Program-made: the position numbers and the translations under genes
From: the human T2T-CHM13v2.0 reference genome, Homo sapiens
Reading direction: 5' to 3' (one strand)
Length of the DNA stretch: 64,000 nt
NCBI RefSeq assembly: GCF_009914755.1
Contig: NC_060925.1
Notes under the pieces: model-generated
Told to the model about the DNA's origin: nothing
The model's database searches: none
The model's input: only the letters and a program-made list of their open reading frames with translations
In this document: piece by piece, positions 51,644 through 64,000 of the stretch
How positions within the stretch are numbered: the first letter of the stretch is position 1
Layout of the letters: each line of letters opens with the position of its first letter

Positions 51644-51685
51644 AGACCCAGACTCCCACTGCTCAGACCCAGACTCCCACTGCTC
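51644..51685. repeat. 21-bp tandem duplication (agacccagactcccactgctc x2)
   Basis: Direct inspection. Confidence 0.9.
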
Positions 51686-52665
51686 ATCCTGAGCTGCCTC
51701 CTGCCCAGGAACTGGGCTAACCTCTGAAGTGCAGCCAGCACCACCTGGTCCCCACTCTGAGCCTTTCCAGCCAAGGGAAGGGACATGGTGCCTGAACAGA
51801 CACTGGCTCAGAGAGCAGCCCCGCGCCTCCTCAGGAGCACAGCAGACATCCCAACTGGGTGGCTGTTCCCAGCGGCCCGTGCAGCTTTACTCGGCAGCCT
51901 CCCAGCTCTCCCTGCACAAGGGGAGCTTAGGGTCAGGGCCTATGGGCCTCAGAAGGGGCTGGGCATGATCCTCTGAGCCTTGCTGTCTTCTCACGTTTGC
52001 TGGCATCACCTGCTTACCTGTGTGCCCCCCCACCACCACCACTCTTGCGCACCTGTGCTTGCTAGGCCCAAAGCAATAACATCTTTTTATAGATCAACCA
52101 GATAGCTCAGCGAAAGACACCAAGACAGACAAGCAGAGAGGTGAGGGAGAGGTTTGTTCCTTTAAAAGCCTTGCTTGTTGTCAAGGCGAGAGTGTTTCCC
52201 TACAGAGTCACAGGTCTTGGGAGATCAAAGCTGGGCCAGCCCCTCTTGATGGACAGACTGAGGCCCAGGTCACAAAACCACACAGTGACACACTCGGGAC
52301 TAGAACCATTCCATGTGGTCTCACAAGCAGTGGCTCTGCCTCACCATGGGGTGGCCATCCTCTGTCCACTTCCACCACACACAGGGACCCAATCTCATGG
52401 AAAAGACCCAGAACAGGAGCCCAAAAGCATGGGCTCCACTCCCTGCCCTGCCCTGCCCTGCAACCTCACCTTAGAGAAGGTGCTTGTCCTCTCTAGGCCT
52501 CCATTTCCCTTCTGCAAAGCAGGCTGGACAGGGGAGGGTGAAGCGGGGGCTGGACTGGGCGGTCTCCTGGATCCCATCCTCTCTGAGCTGTGTAGGGCAT
52601 GTGCTGGCAGGAGGCCAGCTGCCCCATCTCACCCCACCTGAGATTCTCTGTCTCTCTTTGGCCAG

Positions 52666-52897
52666 TGATGAGGACAACAAGCCCCTGCAGGGCAGTCAGA
52701 CATCTCTGGACGGCACCATCAAGCAGCAGGAGAGTGACGACAGCCTGGTGGACTATGGCGAGGGTGGCGAGGGTCAGTTCAATGAAGACGGCTCCTTCAT
52801 CGGCCAGTACACGGTCAAAAAGGACAAGGAGGAAACAGAGGGCAACGAAAGCTCAGAGGCCACGTCACCTGTCAATGCTATCTACTCTCTGGCCTAA
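52666..52897 (+). CDS. NFASC: NFASC last coding exon ([17 protein letters not shown]...FIGQY...NAIYSLA*)
   Basis: ggccag acceptor; ankyrin-binding FIGQY at 52796-52810; PDZ-type C-terminus YSLA; TAA at 52895-52897. Confidence 0.98.
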
Positions 52898-55825
52898 CGG
52901 AGCCCACCCAGGCACAGCCACCACTTTGCAAGTGGGAGGAGGGGAGAAGGGGAGACAAAACCACTGCAGACCTACCACGAAGCCACCACCACCTTCAGTA
53001 ACAAGGGTACGATATGGGGGTCTGCCAAGCTGTGAGGACCAGTAGCCACCAAGCCACCCACAAGCCCCCTCCCAATGACCCCCCTTCAGCCCCGGGTGCC
53101 ACCAGTGTGGGAGAGCTGGAGCCGTGGCTGAGCTCAGCTGGAGGGAGCCTGGCCCCTTGCCCGGTCTCGCAGCCACCCCGAGCGTTCCACCACACTGTCC
53201 GCCCTTGGCCTCGGCACACGCTCACCTTTTCTGTTGGTTACGGGACTTCTCATTGTCTTAATTTCGCTTTGTGCATCTTCCCCTCCAGACCCAATGTCTC
53301 TGTTTTCTTTTCCTTTTGAAAAAGAGTCCCTGGAAAAGAAAGAATAAGTGGATTCTCCCCCAGGAGAATCCTTTTTGCAAAGATAGGCAAAAAGGATTGA
53401 ATCCATACCAGAACACGTAGACAGGCTGTAATATTCAAACCACCTCTGGGCCAATGCATTTCCAAAGGATGCCTTTCTCGCCATATGCCTCCCCTGGCCC
53501 CCAGCCCCTCTGCCTCGGCCTTGTCAGTTGCTGAGCTGGGCTTGGCTCCTTTCTGGAAAATGACAGTATTTTTGGCAGGGAGAAGGTGCGCAGGCCTCCT
53601 TGCTGCTCTCTGGTTTGGTTGGGAGGTGTGTTTACCTCTTGCTCCTCATTCCTCCCCTGCCCTTTTCTCTGGAATATCTAAGATGTGAGCTGCATTGACT
53701 CTGAAGACGTTTGAGGAACAGGAGTGGGCACTGATAGAAAGGACTTCAACGCCAGTGACTGTGTACCTCCAGCAGAAGAAAATCAGGTGTCTGGTCTTGG
53801 GGGCACTGTGCTCACCTCTAGAGAGAAGAAAAAGGCTGGGTTTGGACTTCATGCCTCCTCACTGGTGAAACCCAGGATGTAGATAGAGGGCCACACCCAC
53901 CCTGTCCAGAGTAGAGGGCACCTGTCCACGTGGCCAGGGCCCATGCTGCCACCCTCGAGGAGATGGAACCCTGTGATGCAAAAGCTTTGCTGGTGTGTTT
54001 GGGGCATAAGGCACTGCTCCCCTTCCATCTCTAGCAGATATCATCTTCTCAGCCAATTCTGTAGGACACTGAGGCTCTTGTTTGACATGGTGTGTGGATG
54101 GGGACTTGCCCCAAGACTGAGCAGGTCTGCCCTTTCATTGGGGTGTATACATATCAGGGGACCCTGAGGTGGCACCGTACTCAGTGTTGTGATGCCCCCA
54201 CCTAGGGAGGACTCAATGCTCTTTGTATGCCTTATGCAGCGCTGATCTGTCCCTGGAGTTCCCAGGTTCCCAGCTCCCCCCCTGCAAGCCTTGAAGCCTC
54301 CAGCAACGTCTATCTCCAGGAGAGCAGGGCAGCCTATGCAAGTGTTCCGGCAGGACCAGAAGTGGCCACTCAACACACGTCCTCACCAGTCACCCCAAAT
54401 GGAGACACTCGCAGACCTGCAGTTCTCAGACCGAAGGTGCTGCCTTCATCCTCCCCACCTAATGCATTTTTGAAACCAAAGGTACCTAGCCTCAGAGACA
54501 GAGAAGGAGAGGGGGAGATCTTGAGTCTAAGAGGAACCCTTTAGCTGTTTCTGCAGCTGAGGTCAGTTTCAGGAGGGTGAAGCTGATCCCCAGGAATGGA
54601 TCAGCTGCCATGGGCACAGCCTCCGATTTGAGCCTCTCCGGCTGCCAGCCAGGGGGCCTGGGCCAGACCAGGGCTCTGTCCTTCCGTGACTTTATTAAAG
54701 CAACATTTGCCACATGTTTAAGCCGCAAAGGTATTAGCAATGCTTGCATCATTAATAATCATTCAGTTGAAGGTCAAGCCCATAGACACACACTCTCTGC
54801 TGGTAAGAAACCATAGCCCAGAACTGAGCCAATAAGGTTGTTTGAACCTGAGAGTGTGTAATGGTCATTTGGGCCAAGCCTCAGCTAGGGCTGCTGCCTG
54901 GACGCCTGAGGGGCAGCTTATCACAGTGCAAGGGGACAGGGTAAACAGCAGGGGGTGGGGTGTGAGCTTGGAGGGCCCCTCCCCTGGATTTCCTCCAACA
55001 CCTGCTTGGATACTAGGCCCACTGTCCCTGAAGGGAATGTCAGGGAAGTGTGCCTGTGAGCTGAATTAAAGGACTGGCCTTTCCAGAAAACGCTTTGGAT
55101 CTGAGCAGAGTAGTCAGTTTCTCAGACACTCATTCCATACTGCACCGTACATGCCAGCGTACCCATTGCACCGAAAGCAGGCCCTTAGGGCAGGAAGGGA
55201 CGATGAGCAAGTCTGCCACACCACCTGGTGACTGGGAAGGGCTGCTTCTCTCGTAAGGGTCTTGGGGAGAAGTAAGCCCGCAGCCTGCCTCTGCACCTCG
55301 TTCCAGTGTCCTGCCAGGCTCTGTACTGTCCTTTGTGTATGAAGAAAATGCTGTTAGCCCTCTCTCAGGCTGCTGTTCTGTGGGTGCTGAGAGCTGCCCC
55401 CCATCACCACGCAATCACACCCCTCTGAGCAGAAGCAAATCTGAGGCTGAAGAATTAAGTTTTCCCCAAGCAAGGAAGGCAGGTGGTCAGAGAGATCAAA
55501 CGCTGAGGCGTGGGGATTGCAGGATTCAGGAGGCAGCCCCTTTGGGGAAGAGGAGGGTGCATTTTCCATGGAGCCCATGTCAGAGTCCACTCCAGCTCAG
55601 CAGGAAAGTGGAATTGCCCAGTACTGCCTGCCAGCTGGGTCTCCCAAGCAACTACCCCAAGACATACCAACAGTGAAGCCAGGACAGCACCATGCCATCG
55701 GCGCTCCAGTCTGTCTGGCTGGGAGGAAAGTGCTGGGCATCTTACAGTAACTCTAGAAGTTCCTCTGACTAGGCTGCAATCCCACCTATATGCTCAGCCC
55801 TAAGAGCTGTGGTTTCCTGTGCTCT

Positions 55826-55970
55826 CATTTGTCCATTCATTCATTCATTCATTCATTCATTCATTCAGCAAATAATCTGAAATCCAGTCTGAACTAAGGC
55901 CTGAGCTGTGGATACCATGGCGCGTGAGTTAGATGTGGTCCCTGCCCTCATGGGGCTGACAGTCCTAAAA
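55826..55970 (-). mobile_element. L2 3'-end relic with an expanded (CATT)n tail inside the 3' UTR
   Basis: (cattcatt)n cagcaaata...gtggtccctgccctcatggggctgacagtc. Confidence 0.7.
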
Positions 55971-58469
55971 TCAAGTGCTAGGACACAGTGGCCATTGAGC
56001 TGGGAGCATTCTTCCCTCTACCGCTTAAGCCACTGATGGCTGCGAGCTTGAAGAGAGGGATTCTGAGGGAGAGCTTGGTCCATCTGGTCACCAAGGCTGG
56101 GCGGGACAGAGCAGTCAAGAACCACGGTGTGGCTTGAGAAACAGTCCTGCTTCCTGAGCCTCTTTGCTCTGCCTCTTGGGGCAAGCTCCTTAACCTGTCT
56201 GTATTTTTATGCCTCTGTCTCCCATTCAGTTCCTCCTTGAATACCTCTTTCTACAGAGAGGCACGGGCTCCCCTGAAGGATTGTCGAGGCCAGGGTTCGG
56301 GAAGTACACTGCCATCGGTCAGGGGACAGCTGCCTCCCACCTTGCCTGGGTGATGGTGAATGGGACTCATCTTTTCCTGCCTTGCTTTTGAGGAGATGGT
56401 GGAATTTAAGCTAACAGGAAAGCCAAACCAGCACCCTCCTTTGTGCTCTGAGAGGTTGGAGACATCTGGTCCACCCCATTGCCCCTGCCCCTGGCAAGCC
56501 CTGAAGTCGGGAGAGGTGACCACAGGTCTGAAAATCAGCCAGTGCCAACATTGCTTGCCCTGCAAGGTGCAACTGAGCCCACATAGCGCATTCATAGTTT
56601 CCCTGACCACAGCCTTGGGAAGACGGTGGAAACCCGAGGATGTGTGGGTTTCCCAGCTAACGGACAAGCTCCCCTGCCACACCCAGTGCCCACGCATGCT
56701 CACATACATACAGCAGACCACAACCCTGTTGCCAAGCAGTGCTTCCAAGGGATAGCGATCCAGATTCCAACATTGTCTTGGAGAGGGTTAGTCCACATCC
56801 AAGTTGCGTGAGATAAGATGCAAAGGGCTCTGTGTGGATGAGGAACGCACCTTAGAGGAGTGGGAAAGGCCACCAGGGTTGGGCCCTGTTTAGGTAATTC
56901 CTGTTGGCAGCACCTAGAGAGAGCATCTGAGCTGAAGGAGTGGGAAACTTTGCCCAAGCAATGGCACGGGCAGCGGGCTCTTTCTGGCGCCCTGTGCTGG
57001 AGCAGGGCCAAGTCTTAGGGCATCACAAACAGCCCATTTGATGGAGGGAGCAGGGACATAGCACATTTTTGTCTGTCTTTGTGAGGCTGCTTTGCTAACT
57101 CTCTGAGGAGAGGAAGCCTCTCGGGCTTTCCGTCGGCTGGGGCTAGTGCCAGAGAATCCCTTCTCAGTGGCCAGCAGGTTCCTGGGAGGCCGGCACAAGG
57201 CACCGCTCCCCACTCATGACACCTTGGTGCAGAGTGACCTCCTGCCCAGTCACCACTCCGGCCAGCCCCAGCCAAACACACAAAAGCCCATGGTTGCGGT
57301 TGCATCTACACCGTTAGTTGGCAAAGGATCCTGCTTGAGCTCTGCGTGGTGGCCAAGGAGTAGCATGGAGGAGGGCCCTGATTTTAAAAAGGAAAAATAG
57401 AGAGGCCTCAAAACAATGAAACAAAGAGCTTGATATGTCAAGAGGAGACCAAGGCCCTGGGAGGCATAGGCAAGCCGGGCAGAGTCAGACCAGTGCCCTC
57501 CCTTGACCATCTCCTAGCATTCCTTAACCTAGACAGGGGCTACCCCATGTGAGTCCAAGCCAGACTTTGTGGCTGTCCCCAGCCTGCACAGCCCAAGCCC
57601 AGGGAAGTGTCCTTTCTTTCCCTTCCTTACTAATAATGGGCCTTCCTGAGACACATTCAGAGAAGGATCAGAGAGAAAGGAGAACCATCCAGGAGAGCCA
57701 CAAGCGTCCACCAAACAGTGTCTCAGGCCTCACCTGAAGCTGCTGTTCCTCCTATCAGCACACTAGTATTAAATGGGTGTTCCATAATGAGGAGAATGGA
57801 AATAGGTACAAGGCATCTAGCTTAGGACAGAATCGGATTTCGGCATGTGAAGGAATCCCAGAGCTGATCTCATTGAAATGATCTATCGTACAGACAAGGA
57901 TATGCAAATCCACAGAAGTGAAGGGATTTTTGCTCAAGATCACATAGCTGGTAAACTAAGGTAAGGTTAGGGCTTGAACTTGGGCCTTCTGACTCCTTGT
58001 CCAGTCAGTGTTCTTTCATCTCACCACAGCTGCCTCCTTTGAAACAGAGGTATTAAGATCTGTCCTTCTGGTTCACCCTCTCATACCTCTTTACTGCCTC
58101 TCCCACATCCCCCACATGCCTCCCAAAATGAAAGACAAACAGGATTGTTTCTGAGACCAAGATCAGTCTGTCTGTGATCAGCCTGTGTGTGGTTCACCCA
58201 GTCATGCAATTAAGGGCAGATCTGGGCCAGTGGAATAGGATAGCTGATTGGTGTTTGTTACTGTGAACCCTAGACCGTACCCCGTAGAATGGTGTCTCTT
58301 GCTTTGTAACACATCGGGCCTTCAGTGTGCTGTATTCCTCAGAAGTGAGGGCATCTCGGTCCATTCTGCCCATGGCCACAGGGTGCAGAGAGGCAGCAGG
58401 GCCCATGCAAGCTGCCACCCTGGGATTTGCTGGGCTGGAGTTCAACAGATGTAAAGACTTCAGTGAAGC

Positions 58470-58475
58470 AATAAA
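58470..58475 (+). terminator. Candidate alternative poly(A) signal AATAAA
   Basis: Upstream TGTA at ~58450; U-rich tract at 58505-58530. Confidence 0.4.
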
Positions 58476-59166
58476 CACAAAACTCTGGGAGAAGATATCC
58501 AGAATTTTGTACATTACTCTGTTTCTTTTTCAAAAATGAGGCAGATCAGATGCCCCTGAGCTGCCCCTTTTTTTCTGATTCCCAACTGCAATGTCCTCAG
58601 TCAGTGTTGTCCCTCTGCCCGGCTCCCCAGCTCTTTGCCAACCTCTTCACACTCCCCTTGAGCTGAGCATCAGTCGCCTGTGACGTGGCCACCTTCTGTC
58701 CTGCTCCCACTCCCGACCCATGCTGGACCCCGGAGGACCTCCTGCCCCGCCCCCACCACACACCCATATCCCCCACCATTCCAATTTGTTCTTTCCCGTG
58801 GGGAATTTTTTTTCCCAGCGTCTCCATCCCTTCCTACATATCCACACACACACAAATTGGTCTGATCTTTTTTCCATTGGTTAAACATTTAACTCCATGC
58901 CAGACCTTGTTTTAACCCCTCTCACATCATGTTCTTTCCTTTTTTGCGAGTTATTTTGCATTAACCAACTTTGTCAGTGACAGATGCGTATCTGAGGGTG
59001 TCACACACGACCTTCAGCAGGGAAGACTTCTGGGCCATGGAGGGCCGTCTAATACATGGACTTATAAACTGACTGCATGAGCAATGAAAAGGCCAAATTA
59101 TTCTGAATTTTTTTTGAATCACTGTAAAAAAACTGATTTCTTTTGTATAGAGAACACTAAACGTAT

Positions 59167-59172
59167 AATAAA
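59167..59172 (+). terminator. Distal polyadenylation signal AATAAA
   Basis: Upstream TGTA elements (~59123, ~59144) and a U/GU-rich downstream element (~59190-59235). Confidence 0.85.
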
Positions 59173-59708
59173 AGTTGTTCAAAATGGACTCTTGCCATGT
59201 GATTTGCTCATTTTCTTGATTTGTTCCTGTTGGTAGGTAGGAGAGGGGTGTCAAAGAGCTGATGGCAAAAGTGGATCAAAGGGTTTTTCATGGGTGCCAG
59301 ACAGCACACTCTTCCAGAATTCTACCATACCATCCCCCCTCTAGAAGTTGTCCTTATTCTCGAAGACTCACTTGCACAATTTGTGTTTTAAACATAGTGT
59401 GACTGGTATAGGAATGTGTAATGTGTACAGTCGTGGAGACACCCTCTGATTCAACGTGATGCGTGTGCACATCCACCATTGAAAAAGTGCCATGCTAGGG
59501 AAGTCGGGAGAATGGGAGAAATTTGCCATGGTGCTCCGTCTCCTAGCCCCCTCCTCTTTCTGCACCGCTTGCCCTTAGGTCAAACATCAGCGTATGCCCA
59601 GCATTGTGCCTGGCACAAGGTAGACATTTCATATTGTTGAAAGAATAAATAAAACTGCTTACTACAAACCAAAAACCCCTCTCAGTAGACTCAAAGGAAT
59701 CTTGATCA

Positions 59709-60314
<606 letters not shown>

Positions 60315-60610
60315 CTATAATGGGGAATGAGGGCAAATGAATTCCCCTGAAAATGCAGACCAAGTCTCTTGGACAAAGAACCACCGAGTAACTGTCCAAC
60401 CCACCTGTCTTACTCTCCCTTCAAAGTCCTCAGAACAGACAGGGTGGGTGCAAAAAAGAAAAAAAAATGTCCCCAGAACAGATCATGGACTTGAGGGATT
60501 ATAGCTTCATTAGGCTAAAATGGGGCCTTATTTCCAGGCCTGGCTCCTCCTGAAATGTTGGGTAACTTGGGGAAGTCACACACCTCTGAACCTCCCTATT
60601 TACTCCTTGA

Positions 60611-60982
<372 letters not shown>

Positions 60983-61019
60983 AGGAAGATTCTTTCTCAT
61001 CATTCTCAAGTTCACATGC

Positions 61020-61370
61020 TGTCTTTGAAATTTGTCCCTCACATCCATATGCACTGTCTCACCCTTAGTCCAAGCCCTCGTGGCCTGAATTGAGTGTTCC
61101 TGCCTCCTGTGTTGCCTACTCCCTCATGAAACTGTAGCCAGAGGGAGCTTCTAAAATACAAATCTGATCATGTCATTCCTTTACTTGAAACCTTCATTCC
61201 CTACATTAGATAAAATCTAAACTCCATGGTTTGTCATGTTAGACCTTTAGTGATCCAACCCTCACCTCTCCATCCTCATTTTTCACCGCTTCCCACAAGT
61301 ACCCCAAACTCTAGCCATTCCAACTATTTCCAGCTTTCCCTGACAGCAACAAAATTCTCACACTTCCCAG
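61020..61370 (+). mobile_element. L2 LINE relic
   Basis: gccagagggagcttctaaaatacaaatctgatcatgtcattcctttacttgaaaccttca is a typical L2 3' segment. Confidence 0.65.
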
Positions 61371-61735
61371 GGTTTTCAATTCAATTCAAAAGTATGTATT
61401 AACAACCTACTCTGTGCCAATTAACAGCATAAGATAAGTAGAAAGCCCAGACTGTCATGAGAGAAAGTCAAGTAAACAAAAGCGACATTAGAGTGTCTTG
61501 GGCAAAGGGCTCAATAAATATGGGCTCAATGGATAAATTATGGCCCAAAGGTGGGTCTGTCTGACACACTCTTCTCTTGACCTTCCACACCACCCCCTAA
61601 TCCTTCTGCGTTCCTCCTCTTCTTCTCCTTCTTGTTTCCCATTCCAAGCCCCTCTAGCCCCTTTTCTCCTTATAGGCCATTCCTCCGAGACTCCTTGAAG
61701 GCAGCTCAGGGAACACTGTCTGCCCTAACAGCCCT

Positions 61736-61907
61736 GCACACACACACACACACACACACGCGCGCGCGCACGCACACACACGCACACATACACACACATG
61801 CACATGCACACATGCGCAAACACGCGCATACACACATGCTGAATGCACACACATGCACACACGTGCACACATGCACATGCACACACACAGGCGCACGCAC
61901 ACACACA
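61736..61907. repeat. Compound (CA)n/(CG)n/(CATG) alternating purine-pyrimidine tract
   Basis: Direct inspection, ~170 bp. Confidence 0.92.
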
Positions 61908-61993
61908 TTTGCAGTCTGGTTTAGACCCCTTCACTGTGCCCATAGAGCACCTATTTTATGTCTAATGGAGTCTGGGATACAACATTCGTTGTC

Positions 61994-62296
<303 letters not shown>

Positions 62297-63619
62297 CATT
62301 GTCTTTCTTTCACTAAACTGTGAATGAACATCCTGACTACAAAAGACCAGTTTTTCACCTGCATCCACAATTAAGTGCTTGGCACATAGCAAGTGCCAAG
62401 TGAGGGACAAAATGAATTAATATGAGTAAATGAATGAGACAACATTCCTTTGAAAAATAGTGGTCAGGTGAATTTGAGCTTTGCATATCATCCTCTTTGG
62501 ATATTGGATTCTTGGATATGACATTTGGGGGCAACCCACCGGCTCGGTTTCTAGAATAGGCGCCTCCACTCAACGGAACAGAAGTGGAGAGATGAGGCGA
62601 GCACGTTGTTTGAAGAAAGCCAACATCAATGCAACTGAGGCCAGACAAAGCGCTTGCCTGTCTTCAGAGCCCCAGGGACCCACCAGAATATCTGTCATCC
62701 CTCAGTCTCCTGAAGGCTGCACCTCCCAGCCCATTAGAAATGCTAATCTCCAGCTTGGAGTGGGATTAACAGGCCCAGTGGGGAGGGCACAAGCCATCTT
62801 CCCATCTTTATTAAGAGTGAAGGCTCTGCCCCCTCTTGCCCAGCTGCCCACAAAGGGCTGGAATCTGGGAATTCATTACAGCCTTTCTCATCAAGGAGGC
62901 CTCTCCTGTCCAACATTATTTTAGGTGGAGAAAGGCGGGGGAGGGGGACCCATTTCAGCATCCCCCTCCCCACTTAACGCATCAGAGCCCATTTGTTTGA
63001 TGTCAGTTCCTGCTGGAGCACCGACCAGGCAGTGGGCCTCAGAGCAATTTAGAGCCACAGCTGTGGCCCGACAGCCCAGCCCCCAGCCCCCAGCCCCAGC
63101 CCCCAGCCCCCAACCCTCACTCCTACTCCCACCCCAGAATTTGCTGCTGATTAGCCCCAGCCACACACACACCCCAACCACCCCCCCAACCACCACCAGC
63201 AAGAAGCATGGCTTTGTGTAGACCTGGGACTCGGTTGAGTCTGATAAGGTCTGCACACAGACCCTCAGCCCTGGCCGGGGCTCACTGGAAACTCACCTCA
63301 CCCACACTGAACCCAAACAGGAGTTCTGACTGCTCAGCTTCGCGCAGAGACAACTGCAGAGAGTGAGAAGCTAGAGGACGGGATTCTTCCACACTGAAAC
63401 AAACACACACAAGGACATCTCCTGTGCTTAAAACCCCAAATACCTTCTCAAAAGGCTGAATCCTAGTAAACCAAGGGTCCAGGCTTGATCTGGGTACAGA
63501 GGTTGCAGATAGCATCTGGGGAGAGCTTTGTATAATAGAGAGGGGGAGATTTTGGACCTACAGGGCAATCCAGGGGGCAGCAACTGAGGAGCAAGAAACA
63601 GCAGAAAGGAGATTAGAGG

Positions 63620-63960
63620 AGTGGTTCTCAAAGGGTGGTCCCTAGACCGGCAGTATCAGAACCACCTGGGAACTTGTTAGCAGTATCAGAACCACCTGGG
63701 AACTTGTAGCAATTCACATTCTTGGCTGGGCACAGTGGCTCACGCCTGTAATCCTAGCACTTTGGGAGGCTGAGGCAGGTGGATCACTTGAGGCCAGGAA
63801 TTCAACACCAGCTTGGCCAACATGGTGAAACAAACCCCTTCTCTACTAAAAAACACATTCTTGGGCCTCACCCTATATCTACTGTATCAGAAACTCTGGG
63901 ATTTGTGTTCTCACAAACCCTCCAGGTGATGCTGATGCAGGCATCATGTTTGAGGCCCCT
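63620..63960 (+). mobile_element. MER5A DNA transposon interrupted by a 30-bp tandem duplication and an Alu left monomer
   Basis: agtggttctcaaag.gtggtccc...acctgggaacttgttag...atcagaaactctggg...ccctccaggtgat.ctgatgca...tttgag. Confidence 0.8.
63724..63853 (+). mobile_element. Alu left monomer only
   Basis: ggctgggcacagtggctcac...ctctactaaaaaa; TSD cacattctt (63715-63723, 63854-63862). Confidence 0.88.
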
Positions 63961-64000
63961 AGATGAGAGGGACACACTGAAAAACCTGTGTATGCCTGGA

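Larger units (their letters stand above)
52898..59190 (+). other. NFASC: NFASC long 3' UTR (~6.3 kb)
   Basis: Follows the stop codon, is Alu-free, and ends in an AU-rich block with a canonical poly(A) signal; the 3' end position is inferred. Confidence 0.8.

Overview
Eukaryotic genomic DNA, human or hominoid (primate Alus; the spliced protein matches my recollection of human neurofascin). The window holds the 3' two-thirds of NFASC (L1-family cell adhesion molecule) on the + strand. I reconstructed 24 GT-AG exons with continuous codon phase: Ig3-Ig6, a 45-nt linker cassette, FNIII-1 to -5, a 15-nt microexon, the PAT/mucin exon, the TM exon and the cytoplasmic exons (FIGQY, C-terminal YSLA, stop at 52895-52897). 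A ~6.3-kb 3' UTR ends at AATAAA 59167-59172, followed by ~4.8 kb of repeat-rich flank. Introns carry Alu, MIR, L2, MER5 and LTR relics and microsatellites. There is no prokaryotic or CRISPR-type system, and most supplied ORFs are spurious. The most interesting unexplained signals concern RNA processing: (1) a 20-bp antisense copy of the PAT exon just behind the FNIII-5a donor; (2) a frame-symmetric TM exon inside a YCAY (NOVA) cluster, suggesting a soluble delta-TM isoform; (3) an intronic poly(A)/terminal-exon module after Ig6; (4) position-dependent QKI and RBFOX motif clusters; (5) a perfect 60-bp duplication in ancient MIR sequence flanking a coding exon; (6) a solo poly(A) retro-insertion; (7) a possible fossil RSLE microexon. 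All coordinates were counted by eye and repeat families assigned from memory of consensus sequences.
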